A stretch of DNA of 64,000 bases from Escherichia coli (GTDB taxonomy: Bacteria; Pseudomonadota; Gammaproteobacteria; Enterobacterales; Enterobacteriaceae): the NCBI RefSeq assembly GCF_044324785.1, contig NZ_CP172127.1. One strand, given 5' to 3'. Positions 51,042-63,200 of the stretch are shown in pieces; positions within the stretch are counted from its first letter, which is position 1, and each line of letters begins with the position of its first letter. The position numbers and the translations under genes are program-made. The notes under the pieces were generated by a model. The model made no database searches. It saw only the letters and a list, made by a program, of their open reading frames with translations, and was not told the origin of the DNA.

Positions 51042-52808
51042 TTATTCCGTGACTTCCAGCGTGGTGAAGGCAAACTTCTCGCCATCAAACAGCCCCTGGC
51101 TGGTTAGTTTCAGCGCGGGGATCACTGGCAGGGAAAGAAACGCCATCTGAATAAACGGCTCATCGGGTAACGGACCGCATTCACGGGCGGCGGCTTTCAA
51201 GGCGTCAATTTGCTCCGCCAGTGACTGCGCCGTATCGGTGCTCATTAACCCGGCAATGGGCAACGGTAGATGACTTTGTACCTGGCCGTTATGGACCACG
51301 CACAACCCGCCGCCATCCTGAATCACCTGATTGACCGCCAGCGCCATCTCTTCGGCACTGCGACCGATCACCACAATATTATGGCTGTCATGGCTGACCG
51401 TCGCAGCCAGCGCGCCTTCATTCAGACCAAAGCCGCCGAGCAAACCACAAGCCGGAGCCAGACGTTGCCCGTAACGCTCAAGTACGGCAATAAAGCACAT
51501 ATCATCGCGATCAAAACCATTTTCGCTGTAGACGCTGGAGCGGGAGTGCGTAATCAATTCGTTATGGATGACGTCAATGACCCGATAGCGTTTTCCGGGC
51601 GTGAATTGCAGGGCAAAGTCGCTGGCGGAAACTGGCTGACGGGCAATGGTATTGCCATACGGCGGAGCGGATTGTGCCAGTCTCGCCGACTCTTCCGCCT
51701 GTAAGGTTTGCGCATCAATCGGCTCGCCTTTCACCAGTACCTGCTGCACCGTGACCTTACGCGCATCGCTCAACAGGACGATATCGGCCTGCTTACCGGG
51801 TGCCAGTAAGCCGAGGTGATTCAGACCAAAGTGGCGCGCCGTCGACCAGCTGGCGACGCGATATGCCACATGCAGCGGCACATTGTGTTGTTCGATCAGG
51901 CGGCGAATTAAGGCATCGATATGTCCTTCATGGGCGATCTCCCACGGGTTACGGTCATCGGTACAGAGCATGCATTGCGGGCTGTTAAATTCGTTGATCA
52001 ACGGTGCCAGCGCGTTGAGATTGCGGGCTGCGGACCCTTCGCGGATCATCAACGACATACCGAGTTGTAATTTCCGGCGTCCTTCTTCCAGCTGATAACT
52101 TTCGTGGCAGTTTTCAATACCCGCAGCAATATAGGCGTTAAGTTCTTTACCAACCAAACCCGGGCAGTGACCGTCCAGCGTCAGGTGGCGAAATGCATCC
52201 AGTTTATCGAGCAGCGCATTCTGCCCGCTAATTACGCCAGGGTAGTCCATCATTTCTGCAAGGCCGGTAACCTGCGGATGGTCCCGCCAGGCGAGCATCT
52301 GTTCAAGGGTAAAACTGGCACCGTTAACATCGCAGCCTTCCAGGGCGGGTACGCAAGAGCTGACCTGTAAGTACTGGTTTTGCCTTGCCTGTTCGGCACA
52401 GCGGGCAAACCAGGCGAAACCGGCTTCGCCCATCACGTTGACGATTTCATGAGGATCGCAAATAACAGTTGTCAGGCCGCGCGGCAGGGTGGCGGTTTCA
52501 AAGGTGACCGGCGTCATCATGCTGGATTCAATATGCAGGTGAGCATCAATAAACCCTGGCACCGCCGTTGCGCCGTGGGCATCAATCCGCTGCAAAGCCG
52601 GAGCATCAGTGTATTCTGCGCCAACACCGGCAATGTAACGCCCTTTAATCACAATTGGGCCGGAAATTTCTCCGCCATTGATCAGGTCGAGAATAGAGAC
52701 ATTATCAATAATATAATCGGCAACAGCGTCGCCACGGGAAACGGCTAACAATTCCTGGTATTCCGCCCGGCTAATGTGATGAAATTTATGGTTAATAGAA
52801 TTATTCAT
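51042..52808 (-). CDS. ade: Adenine deaminase, 588 aa
   Basis: Amidohydrolase-superfamily metal-binding motifs (HIDAHLHIE); position next to uhpT. Confidence 0.92.
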   Translation of the reverse strand: MNNSINHKFHHISRAEYQELLAVSRGDAVADYIIDNVSILDLINGGEISGPIVIKGRYIAGVGAEYTDAPALQRIDAHGATAVPGFIDAHLHIESSMMTPVTFETATLPRGLTTVICDPHEIVNVMGEAGFAWFARCAEQARQNQYLQVSSCVPALEGCDVNGASFTLEQMLAWRDHPQVTGLAEMMDYPGVISGQNALLDKLDAFRHLTLDGHCPGLVGKELNAYIAAGIENCHESYQLEEGRRKLQLGMSLMIREGSAARNLNALAPLINEFNSPQCMLCTDDRNPWEIAHEGHIDALIRRLIEQHNVPLHVAYRVASWSTARHFGLNHLGLLAPGKQADIVLLSDARKVTVQQVLVKGEPIDAQTLQAEESARLAQSAPPYGNTIARQPVSASDFALQFTPGKRYRVIDVIHNELITHSRSSVYSENGFDRDDMCFIAVLERYGQRLAPACGLLGGFGLNEGALAATVSHDSHNIVVIGRSAEEMALAVNQVIQDGGGLCVVHNGQVQSHLPLPIAGLMSTDTAQSLAEQIDALKAAARECGPLPDEPFIQMAFLSLPVIPALKLTSQGLFDGEKFAFTTLEVTE

Positions 52809-52982
52809 ATTTTTCTCATTTTGATTTTATCAATTTGATTATTATTTATCATAAAGAAACGTCGCGAGATTATTAAAGAATATCCATTAATGTGCAATTG
52901 AAATGTGATAATTATCACTGAACCGTTGTTGTCATTTGTTTTACAAAAGCAAGGGATTAAATCTCCTCCAATGGACAAAAAA

Positions 52983-54317
52983 ATGAATAATGACAATACC
53001 GATTACGTGAGTAATGAATCAGGGACGCTTTCGCGATTATTTAAACTACCTCAGCATGGGACCACCGTCCGCACAGAATTGATTGCGGGGATGACCACTT
53101 TTTTAACCATGGTGTACATCGTTTTTGTGAATCCGCAAATCCTCGGCGCGGCACAAATGGACCCGAAAGTGGTGTTTGTTACCACCTGTTTGATTGCCGG
53201 TATCGGCAGTATTGCGATGGGGATATTTGCTAACTTACCCGTGGCGCTGGCTCCGGCAATGGGGCTGAACGCCTTCTTTGCGTTCGTGGTCGTGGGGGCG
53301 ATGGGTATCTCCTGGCAGACCGGGATGGGCGCGATATTCTGGGGCGCAATTGGGCTATTTTTGCTCACGCTGTTTCGTATCCGTTACTGGATGATCTCCA
53401 ACATTCCATTAAGTTTACGTATTGGTATCACCAGCGGGATCGGATTATTTATTGCCTTAATGGGATTAAAAAACACTGGCGTTATTGTCGCCAATAAAGA
53501 CACCCTGGTGATGATTGGCGATTTAAGTTCTCACGGCGTGTTGTTAGGTATTTTAGGGTTTTTTATTATAACCGTGTTGTCATCACGTCATTTTCATGCC
53601 GCGGTGCTTGTTTCTATTGTGGTGACGTCTTGCTGTGGATTATTTTTCGGTGATGTTCATTTTAGCGGTGTCTATTCCATTCCGCCTGATATTAGCGGCG
53701 TCATTGGTGAAGTAGATTTGAGCGGCGCGTTAACACTTGAACTCGCCGGTATCATTTTCTCCTTTATGCTGATCAACCTATTTGATTCATCAGGAACATT
53801 AATTGGTGTAACTGATAAAGCTGGCTTAATAGATAGTAACGGTAAATTCCCTAATATGAATAAGGCGCTGTATGTTGATAGCGTCAGTTCGGTGGCGGGT
53901 GCGTTTATCGGCACCTCGTCTGTTACCGCCTATATTGAAAGTACTTCTGGTGTGGCGGTCGGTGGTCGCACGGGGCTGACGGCTGTCGTGGTCGGCGTTA
54001 TGTTCCTGTTAGTTATGTTCTTCTCACCGCTGGTGGCGATGGTTCCTCCTTACGCAACCGCCGGAGCGTTAATCTTTGTTGGCGTGTTGATGACCTCAAG
54101 TCTGGCGCGCGTTAACTGGGATGATTTTACCGAATCGGTGCCTGCGTTTGTTACCACGGTGATGATGCCCTTTACTTTCTCGATCACCGAAGGGATTGCA
54201 CTTGGCTTTATGTCGTACTGCATCATGAAAGTGTGCACTGGGCGCTGGCGCGATCTGAACCTGTGTGTGGTGGTGGTCGCAGCTCTGTTTGCACTGAAGA
54301 TAATTCTGGTGGATTAG
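52983..54317 (+). CDS. adeQ: NCS2-family purine (adenine) permease AdeQ/YicO, about 444 aa; start uncertain (in-frame ATGs at 52905 and 52971)
   Basis: Multi-TM NCS2/AzgA-like sequence; divergent from ade. Confidence 0.85.
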   Translation: MNNDNTDYVSNESGTLSRLFKLPQHGTTVRTELIAGMTTFLTMVYIVFVNPQILGAAQMDPKVVFVTTCLIAGIGSIAMGIFANLPVALAPAMGLNAFFAFVVVGAMGISWQTGMGAIFWGAIGLFLLTLFRIRYWMISNIPLSLRIGITSGIGLFIALMGLKNTGVIVANKDTLVMIGDLSSHGVLLGILGFFIITVLSSRHFHAAVLVSIVVTSCCGLFFGDVHFSGVYSIPPDISGVIGEVDLSGALTLELAGIIFSFMLINLFDSSGTLIGVTDKAGLIDSNGKFPNMNKALYVDSVSSVAGAFIGTSSVTAYIESTSGVAVGGRTGLTAVVVGVMFLLVMFFSPLVAMVPPYATAGALIFVGVLMTSSLARVNWDDFTESVPAFVTTVMMPFTFSITEGIALGFMSYCIMKVCTGRWRDLNLCVVVVAALFALKIILVD

Positions 54318-54369
54318 TAACTGGCGAGGGTTTCCAGATATCATGAGTTCTGATTACGCAGGAGAACTC

Positions 54370-54822
54370 ATGATCTGGATAATGCTCGCCACGCTGGCGG
54401 TGGTGTTTGTGGTTGGTTTTCGGGTGCTGACATCCGGGGCCAGAAAAGCGATTCGCCGTCTCAGCGATCGGCTGAATATCGATGTCGTACCCGTGGAGTC
54501 GATGGTCGATCAAATGGGAAAGTCAGCCGGTGACGAATTTTTACGTTATTTGCATCGCCCGGATGAGTCGCACCTGCAAAACGCCGCGCAGGTGTTGCTC
54601 ATCTGGCAAATTGTCATTGTCGATGGTAGCGAACAGAATCTGCTGCAATGGCATCGGATTTTACAAAAAGCCCGCCTTGCCGCGCCGATTACTGATGCTC
54701 AGGTCAGGCTGGCGCTGGGTTTTCTGCGCGAAACCGAACCTGAAATGCAGGATATTAATGCTTTTCAGATGCGCTATAACGCGTTCTTTCAGCCTGCCGA
54801 GGGCGTTCACTGGCTGCATTAA
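54370..54822 (+). CDS. yicN: Conserved membrane-anchored protein YicN, 150 aa
   Basis: Start set at MIWIMLATLAVV with AGGAG Shine-Dalgarno. Confidence 0.8.
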   Translation: MIWIMLATLAVVFVVGFRVLTSGARKAIRRLSDRLNIDVVPVESMVDQMGKSAGDEFLRYLHRPDESHLQNAAQVLLIWQIVIVDGSEQNLLQWHRILQKARLAAPITDAQVRLALGFLRETEPEMQDINAFQMRYNAFFQPAEGVHWLH

Positions 54823-54937
54823 AATCGCTTCGTCTTATCAGCCTACAGACCGCGCCTGACCTGGTGGGTGGATAAGGCGTGTACGTCGCATCCGGTATCG
54901 GAACTGACAGTAGGTGAACGTATTATCTACGTTCTAT

Positions 54938-55261
54938 TTACAGCAGCACCTCCAGCCCGTGTTTTTGCACAATGCTGAGCAGTTTTAATGAAATGCCATT
55001 GGGGCGTTTAGCGCCACTTTCCCATTTTTGTACAGTTGAAACGCTGGTATTGAGATAGTGAGCGAAGACGGGCTGACTCACTTTTAATTTTTCCCGCAGT
55101 GCTTTTATCTCAACAGGTTGTAAGTCTTGCACGCTGGTCAGGCAGGCTTTGTCAAAAGTACGCATCGTTTCAGCAGAAATAGCATCGACGCTGGACAATC
55201 CAGCCGCTGCGCTGTGAATAGCTTCAAATGCAGGACTTTTAAATTTAGTTTTTGCAGTCAT
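54938..55261 (-). CDS. Xre-family HTH antitoxin (HigA-like), 107 aa
   Basis: Cro/C1-type HTH (VSQPVFAHYLNTSVSTVQKWESGAKRP); overlaps the upstream toxin-like ORF by 17 nt. Confidence 0.7.
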   Translation of the reverse strand: MTAKTKFKSPAFEAIHSAAAGLSSVDAISAETMRTFDKACLTSVQDLQPVEIKALREKLKVSQPVFAHYLNTSVSTVQKWESGAKRPNGISLKLLSIVQKHGLEVLL

Positions 55262-55604
55262 AGCAGATCTCTGTCAGTTCTTTAGTGTTAATCATTGCTG
55301 TTAGTTGGGCTTTCGTCAGGAAGGCATAATGCTTTGCAAGTTCACGAAACCCAGCCAGTTCCTGACTATTAATGTTCGACATATCCTGTTTTGCATATAA
55401 AAACGTGTAAAACCAATTGCTTCCCCCTTTCGCCAGAATAATTGCACGCTCACGATTTTGGTGAAGGCGCTTTTTAAAAACGCCACCGCCAAGTGCATCA
55501 GCTTTACCTTGTTCCGTTTCTAAAATGGCCCGGCACAACTCTTCATCTGTTATTGCATGAGACCTGGCTTCCCTTGCAAACCATTTGGTTTTAAACACGC
55601 GCAT
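55245..55604 (-). CDS. RelE/HigB-like type II toxin, 119 aa
   Basis: Small basic protein directly upstream of, and translationally coupled to, an Xre antitoxin (HigBA-type order, toxin first). Confidence 0.6.
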   Translation of the reverse strand: MRVFKTKWFAREARSHAITDEELCRAILETEQGKADALGGGVFKKRLHQNRERAIILAKGGSNWFYTFLYAKQDMSNINSQELAGFRELAKHYAFLTKAQLTAMINTKELTEICYDCKN

Positions 55605-55831
55605 ATCGTTGAGGTCCTGTTATTAAAGTATATCACCAAGTGCAATACTTTATCCCTTGTTCCCAACACAATCGCGAAAATACATATCACCTTGCCCTAT
55701 GATTTTTATTTCTTCGAGCAGCCTCGAACTTTTCCCACGACACCGTAAAAGTTGCAAAAACGTTAAATGCGTCACACATTTCAATGTTAAAGTGGTCGGC
55801 TTTTCCCCTGAAACATGCCACGGGTAACACC

Positions 55832-57016
55832 ATGAGTGAATTTATTGCCGAAAACCGCGGCGCGGATGTCATCACCCGACCGAACTGGTCAGCCGTATTC
55901 TCGGTGGCGTTTTGCGTCGCCTGTCTGATTATCGTTGAGTTTTTGCCCGTCAGTTTGTTGACGCCAATGGCCCAGGATTTAGGCATTTCGGAAGGGGTTG
56001 CCGGGCAATCGGTGACCGTGACCGCCTTTGTGGCAATGTTTGCCAGTTTGTTTATTACCCAGACAATTCAGGCCACTGACCGCCGCTACGTTGTTATTTT
56101 GTTTGCCGTTTTGCTGACGCTCTCCTGTTTGCTGGTTTCCTTTGCCAACTCATTCAGTTTGCTTTTAATCGGTCGTGCCTGTCTGGGGTTGGCGCTGGGC
56201 GGGTTCTGGGCGATGTCGGCGTCGCTGACCATGCGTCTGGTACCGCCGCGTACGGTGCCGAAGGCGCTGTCGGTGATCTTCGGCGCGGTTTCTATTGCGC
56301 TGGTGATTGCCGCACCGTTGGGCAGTTTTTTAGGCGAGCTTATCGGTTGGCGCAATGTCTTTAATGCGGCGGCGGTGATGGGCGTGCTGTGTATTTTCTG
56401 GATTATCAAATCATTGCCCTCGCTGCCAGGCGAACCCTCGCATCAGAAACAAAATACTTTCCGCTTATTACAACGTCCTGGTGTGATGGCAGGGATGCTC
56501 GCCATCTTCATGTCTTTCGCCGGGCAGTTTGCTTTCTTCACGTATATTCGCCCGGTGTATATGAACCTGGCGGGATTCAGCGTGGATGGCTTAACGCTGG
56601 TGCTGTTGAGTTTTGGTATCGCCAGCTTTATTGGTACGTCGCTTTCGTCGTTCATTCTTAAACGTTCGGTAAAACTGGCCTTAGCAGGCGCGCCGTTAAT
56701 ACTGGCTGTGAGTGCGTTGGTGCTGACGTTGTGGGGAAGCGATAAAATCGTTGCTACCGGCGTGGCGATTATCTGGGGGCTAACTTTTGCATTGGTTCCT
56801 GTCGGCTGGTCAACGTGGATCACCCGCTCACTGGCCGATCAGGCAGAAAAAGCCGGGTCTATTCAGGTGGCGGTTATTCAGCTTGCTAATACCTGTGGCG
56901 CGGCAATCGGCGGTTATGCGCTGGATAATATTGGTCTGACTTCGCCGTTGATGTTGTCCGGCACATTGATGTTGCTGACGGCGTTATTGGTCACCGCAAA
57001 GGTGAAAATGAAGTAA
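55832..57016 (+). CDS. nepI: MFS purine ribonucleoside efflux pump NepI (YicM), about 394 aa
   Basis: Start trimmed to [23 protein letters not shown]; 12-TM MFS. Confidence 0.88.
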   Translation: MSEFIAENRGADVITRPNWSAVFSVAFCVACLIIVEFLPVSLLTPMAQDLGISEGVAGQSVTVTAFVAMFASLFITQTIQATDRRYVVILFAVLLTLSCLLVSFANSFSLLLIGRACLGLALGGFWAMSASLTMRLVPPRTVPKALSVIFGAVSIALVIAAPLGSFLGELIGWRNVFNAAAVMGVLCIFWIIKSLPSLPGEPSHQKQNTFRLLQRPGVMAGMLAIFMSFAGQFAFFTYIRPVYMNLAGFSVDGLTLVLLSFGIASFIGTSLSSFILKRSVKLALAGAPLILAVSALVLTLWGSDKIVATGVAIIWGLTFALVPVGWSTWITRSLADQAEKAGSIQVAVIQLANTCGAAIGGYALDNIGLTSPLMLSGTLMLLTALLVTAKVKMK

Positions 57017-57217
57017 CGTATTTACAGGAGGGGTTACTGCTCTGGCGGGAAGCTCTCCTGTTCTTCCTCCTGATAATCCTTGATCAGGTATTGTTCTTAT
57101 CTTGTTGTTATTTCCATTATTCCGCCTGTATTCATCATTTGCTAATCATGAATCATCATTTTCTCTCATGTTAAAGAAAGGTCATTTAATCTGAACGCAT
57201 AGCGACAGGGATGACAA

Positions 57218-60200
57218 ATGGCAGGGAAAGCGCATGGGAATGGCGATCGTCGGGGCGATAACACCATATGTGGATTGGGGGATCGTTTACGTCGTCTGAC
57301 CGCAGGTATTTGCCTAATAACACAAACTATTTTCCCTGTTATGGCCGCTGCCCCTACGCATATTAATCCTGCGCACTCGGATACTGCCGCGTCACTGATC
57401 CTGCCGAACGTTAAAACTATTCCATATACCCTGGGTGCGTTGGAATCGCCACCAACGGTCGCGGCACGCTTTGGTATCACCGTTGATGAATTACGTCGCC
57501 TGAATCAGTTCCGTACCTTTGCGCGGGGCTTTGACAATGTGCGTCAGGGCGATGAAATAGATGTGCCCCTCATTAACAGTAACAGCCCTGAAGCGCGCAA
57601 CCTGAAAGCAATGCAGATGGAGCGCGATGGCAAAGATCCGCAAATGCAGGTCGCGGAAGTGGCGCAGCAAAGCGGAACACTTTTAGCGCGCGATATGGAC
57701 AGCGAACAGGCTGCGAGTATGGCGCGTGGCTGGGTGGCTTCTTCTGCATCTGCGCAGGCAACGGACTGGCTCAGTCGTTGGGGAACTGCCCGGGTATCTC
57801 TTGGTGTGGATGAAGATTTCAGCCTTAAAAGCTCGTCATTTGAATTTCTCCATCCCTGGTACGAAACGCCGGATAACCTGGTCTTCAGCCAGCACACACT
57901 TCACCGTACGGATGATCGCACTCAAACCAACCACGGTATCGGCTGGCGTTATTTCACATCGAGCTGGATGTCTGGCGTCAATATGTTTATCGATCATGAC
58001 CTGACCCGCTATCACACCCGAACCGGGATGGGCGTTGAATACTGGCGCGATTACCTGAAACTGAGCGGCAACGGTTATCTGCGCCTCAGTAACTGGCGTA
58101 GTGCACCGGAACTGGACAATGACTATGAAGCACGTCCGGCGAACGGTTGGGATCTTCGCGCCGAAGGCTGGTTACCGGCCTGGCCGCAGCTGGGCGGCAA
58201 GCTGGTCTATGAACAATATTATGGCGATGAAGTGGCGCTGTTTGGTAAAGACGAGCGACAAAATGATCCTCACGCGATTACCGCAGGTTTGAGTTACACC
58301 CCCGTTCCCCTGATCTCCTTTAGTGCCGAGCAACGGCAGGGCAAACAGGGAGAAAACGACACCCGAATTGGTATGGAGTTGACGTTGCAACCCGGTCATT
58401 CACTGCAAAAACAGCTCGATCCGGCTGAAGTTGCAGCACGACGCAGCCTTGTGGGCAGTCGCTATGACCTGGTCGATCGTAATAACAATATTGTCCTCGA
58501 ATATCGCAAGAAAGAGCTGGTGCGGTTGACGCTGACCGATCCGCTGAAAGGCAAGCCGGGTGAGGTTAAATCGCTAGTTTCTTCCTTGCAAACCAAATAT
58601 GCGCTGAAAGGTTATGACATTGAAGCAGCCTCCCTGCAATCAGCGGGCGGAAAAGTAGCTGTTTCCGGCAAGGATATTCAGGTCACTATTCCTCCCTACC
58701 GATTCACGGCAATGCCTGAAACTGACAACACTTACCCGATAGCGGTTACAGCGGAAGATTCGAAAGGAAATTTCTCCCGGCGTGAAGAAAGTATGGTGGT
58801 CGTGGAAAAACCCACACTAAGCCTCGCCGATTCAACGCTTTCTGTCGATCTGCAAATCCTGCTTGCTGATGGAAAATCAACCTCAACGCTGACCTATACC
58901 GCGCGAGATTCCAGCGGCAAGCCAATCCCAGGTATGACGTTAAAAACACAGGTGAAAGGTTTGCAGGATTTCGCCTTAAGCGAATGGAAAGACAACGGTA
59001 ACGGAACCTATACCCAAATAGTTACCGCCGGGAAGACGTCTGGCGCGTTATCGCTGATGCCGCAATTTAACGGCGACGATATCGCTAAGACGCCAGCGCT
59101 GATTGCTATCGTGGCGAATACGGCATCCCGCGCTGACTCCACGATTGAGACAGACCAGGATAATTACGTCGCGGGTAAGCCGATAGTCGTTAAAGTGACC
59201 CTGAGAGATGATAACGGCAACGGGGTTACCGGACGAAAAGAACTTCTCAAACAAACCGTTAAAGTTGACAACACGAAGGCTGATGCCGTTAGTGCCTGGA
59301 CGGAAGAAAGTGAGGGAATTTACAAAGCAAGCTATACGGCCCATCTCATTGGCGACAAATTAACGGCCCAGCTGACGATGCCCGGCTGGCAAACCAAACA
59401 TTCGGATGCGTTCAGTATTGCGGGTGATAAAGATACCGCCAAAATCGCTGCGATGCAGATCACCGCGAATAACGCAGTTGCCAGACGCGATCACAATACC
59501 GTCGCTGTGACGGTCAGGGACGTGCATCAAAATTTACTGCAGGGACAAAATGTTACCTTCACGGTCGTGAATGGTGCGGCGGTTTTTGCCGATCCAAATG
59601 GCGGTATTGTGACGACAGATAAAGACGGGATTGCCAGCATTAACCTTGCCAGTGACCAGGCGGTAAACAGTCTTATCAAGGCCGAGATCAATGGCAGTAG
59701 TCAGTCTGTGGAAGTGAGCTTTATCACTGGCGATATCTCGCAGCTGACCTCCACCATCAAAACGGACGATGTGACATACACCGCGGGTGGCCAGATAAAA
59801 GTGTCCGTCACCCTTATGGATGAGCAGAAAAACCTGGTGAAAGGGATGGCTTCGCTGCTGGCGGGTAGCAGTGTGGTCGAGGTGAGCGGTACAGATAAAA
59901 ATGAAACGGGTAACTGGAGCGAAGAGTCTGATGGCGTTTACACCACCACCCGAACCGCGAAGATTGCTGGCGATCGCCATTACGCCACGCTGAAACTATC
60001 GACATGGAGTAGCGTGCAGCAATCCGATGCGTATGCCATCCGCGAAAGCGGAGCTGTGTTGGCTTATTCCTCCATCGTTACCGACAAAACGGCCTACACC
60101 GCGGGCGGTGCGATAAAAGTTACGGTAGCACTCAAGGATAGCTATGAAAACCTGGTCGGCGGGCAACGAGACGCTGTCAACCAGGCTATCCAGCTGCCAA

Positions 60201-63200
60201 ATACAAAAGCGGAAAGCATCGCCTGGAATGAAGATCAAAAAGGAATTTATACCGCAACGTATACCGCCTTACTCCCTGGCACCGATTTAAAAGCACAGCT
60301 ACAGATGTCCGGATGGGCGAGCGCTTTGACTTCAAATGATTACAGTATTAGTGGCGATGCCGCCAGCGCACAAATTGTCGCGATGCAAGTGACAACGGGT
60401 AACCCGGATGTGCTGGCGAATGGCAGCGATCGACATACGGTGAATGTCCGGGTGGAAGATCAGTTTGGCAATGTGCTGCCGGATCAGACCGTCACCTTTA
60501 CGGTGACGAAAGGGGCGGCTGTATTTGCCAATGCAAGGCAGAGCGCAGATATCAGGACGGATGCGCATGGCATGGCAGAGGTTGATCTGAGCAGTACCGT
60601 AGCGGATGCCAGCACTGTTGAGGCTAAGGTCAATCAAAGCAGCGATAGTAAAACGGTGAACTTTGTTGCTGATGTTAGCACGGGGCAGGTCGCTGAGCTG
60701 GTGGTGACGCAGGACGGCTCAGTGGCAGATGGCGCGACGGCGAACACGCTGCGGGCGAGGGTCACCGATGCGTTCGGGAATGCACTTGCCGGGCAGACGG
60801 TCAGCGTGATGGCGGACAACGGCGCAACGGTCGCTCCGACGGTGATTACAGAGCCGGACGGCACGGTGGAGATCTCAGTCACCAGCCAGACGGCGGGCAC
60901 CAGTGCGGTCACTGCCGGTATCAACAACAGCAGTCAGAGCCGGAACGTGACGTTTGTCGCCGATGTCAGAACGGCGCAGATCGCGAGTCTGGAGGTGACG
61001 CAGGATAACTCAGTGGCTGACGGCGCAATGGCGAACACGCTGCGGGCGAGGGTGACGGATGCGTTCGGGAATGCACTTGCCGGGCAGACGGTCAGCGTGT
61101 TGGCGGATAACGGCGCAACGGTCACTCCGACTGTCATCACAGGGCAGGACGGGACGGTGGAGATCAGTATCACCAGCCAGACGGCGGGCACCAGTGCGGT
61201 CACTGCAACCATCAACAGCAGCAGCCAGAGCCGGGATGTGACGTTTATTGCGGATGTCAGGACGGCGAAGATCGCTGATCTGGTAGTCACCCGGGATAAC
61301 TCAGTGGCAGACGGTGCAATGGCGAACACGCTGCGGGTGAGGGTCACAGATGCGTTCGGGAATACGCTTGCCGGGCAGACGGTCAGCGTGTTGGCGGATA
61401 ACGGTGCCACGGTCGCTTCGACGATGACCACAAAGCCGGACGGGACGGTGGAGATCTCTGTCACCAGCCAGACGGCGGGCACCAGTGCGGTCACCGCCAG
61501 CATCAACAACAGCAGCCTGAGCCAGAGCGTGACGTTTGTCGCGGATGTCAGGACGGCGCAGATCGCGGTGCTGGAAGTGACGCAGGATTACGCCGTGGCA
61601 GATGGTTCGACGGCGAACACGCTGCGGGCGAGGGTGACGGATGCGTTCGGTAATGCGCTGGGCGGACAGACGGTCAGCGTGTTGGCGGACAACGGCGCAA
61701 CGGTCACTCCGACTGTCATCACAGGGCAGGATGGCACGGTGGAGATCAGTGTCACCAGCCAGACGGCGGGCACCAGTGCGGTCACCGCCAGCATCAACAA
61801 CAGCAGCCTGAGCCAGAGCGTGAAGTTTATTGCCGATGTCAGCACGGCGCAGATCGCGAGTCTGGAGGTGACGCAGGATAATTCAGTGGCTGACGGCGCA
61901 ATGGCGAACACGCTGCGGGTGAAGGTCACCGATGCGTTCGGGAATGCGCTGGGCGGGCAGACAGTCAGCGTTTTGGCAGACAACGGTGCCACGACTGCTC
62001 CGACGGTCACCACGCAGCCGGATGGCACGGTGGAGATCTCAGTCACCAGCCAGACCGCCGGAACCAGTGTGGTCACCGCCAGTATCAACAACAGCACCCT
62101 GAGCCGGGACGTGACGTTTATTGCGGATGTCAGGACGGCGCAGATCGCGGATCTGGTGGTCATCCGGGATAACTCGGTGGCGGATGGTTCGACGGCGAAC
62201 ACGCTGCGGGCGAGGGTGACCGATGCGTTTGGTAATACGCTTGCCGGGCAGACGGTCAGCGTGTTGGCGGACAACGGCGCAACGGTCGCTCCGACTGTCA
62301 TCACAGGGCAGGATGGCACGGTGGAGATCAGTGTCACCAGCCAGACCGCCGGAACCAGTGTGGTCACCGCCAGCATCAACAACAGCAGCCAGAGCCAGAA
62401 CGTGACGTTTATCGCCGTTGTCAGCACGGCGCAGATCGCGGATCTGGTGGTCATTAAGGATGGTTCAGAGGCGGACGGTTCGACGGCGAACACGCTGCGG
62501 GCGAGGGTGACCGATGTGTTCGGTAATGCGCTTGCCGGGCAAACGGTCAGCGTGACGGCAGACAATGGCGCAACGGTGTCTCCGACGGTCACCACGCAAC
62601 CGGACGGTACGGTGGAGATCAGTGTCACCAGCCAGACGGCGGGGATCAGTGCGGTCACAGCCAGCATCAACAACAGCAGTCTGAGCCGGAACGTGACGTT
62701 TATCGCCGATGTCGGCACGGCGCAGATAGCGAGTCTGGAGGTGACGCAGGATAACTCAGTGGCTGACGGCGCAATGGCGAACACGCTGCGGGTGAAGGTC
62801 ACCGATGCGTTCGGTAATGCGCTTGCCGGCCAGACGGTCAGCGTGACGGCAGACAATGGCGCAACGGTGTCTCCGACGGTCACCACGCAACCGGACGGTA
62901 CGGTGGAGATCAGTATCACCAGCCAGACAGCAGGAACCAGTACAGGCACTGCCAGCATCAACAACAGCAGCCTGAGCCGGAACGTGACGTTTATTGCGGA
63001 TGTCAGGACGGCGAAGATCGCTGATCTGGTAGTCACCCGGGATAACTCAGTGGCAGACGGTACGACGGCGAACACGCTGCGGGCGAGGGTGACCGATGCG
63101 TTCGGTAATGCGCTTGCCGGGCAGACGGTCAGCGTGTTGGCGGACAACGGTGCAACGGTTGCCCCAACGGTGATTACAGAGCCGGACGGCACGGCGGAGA

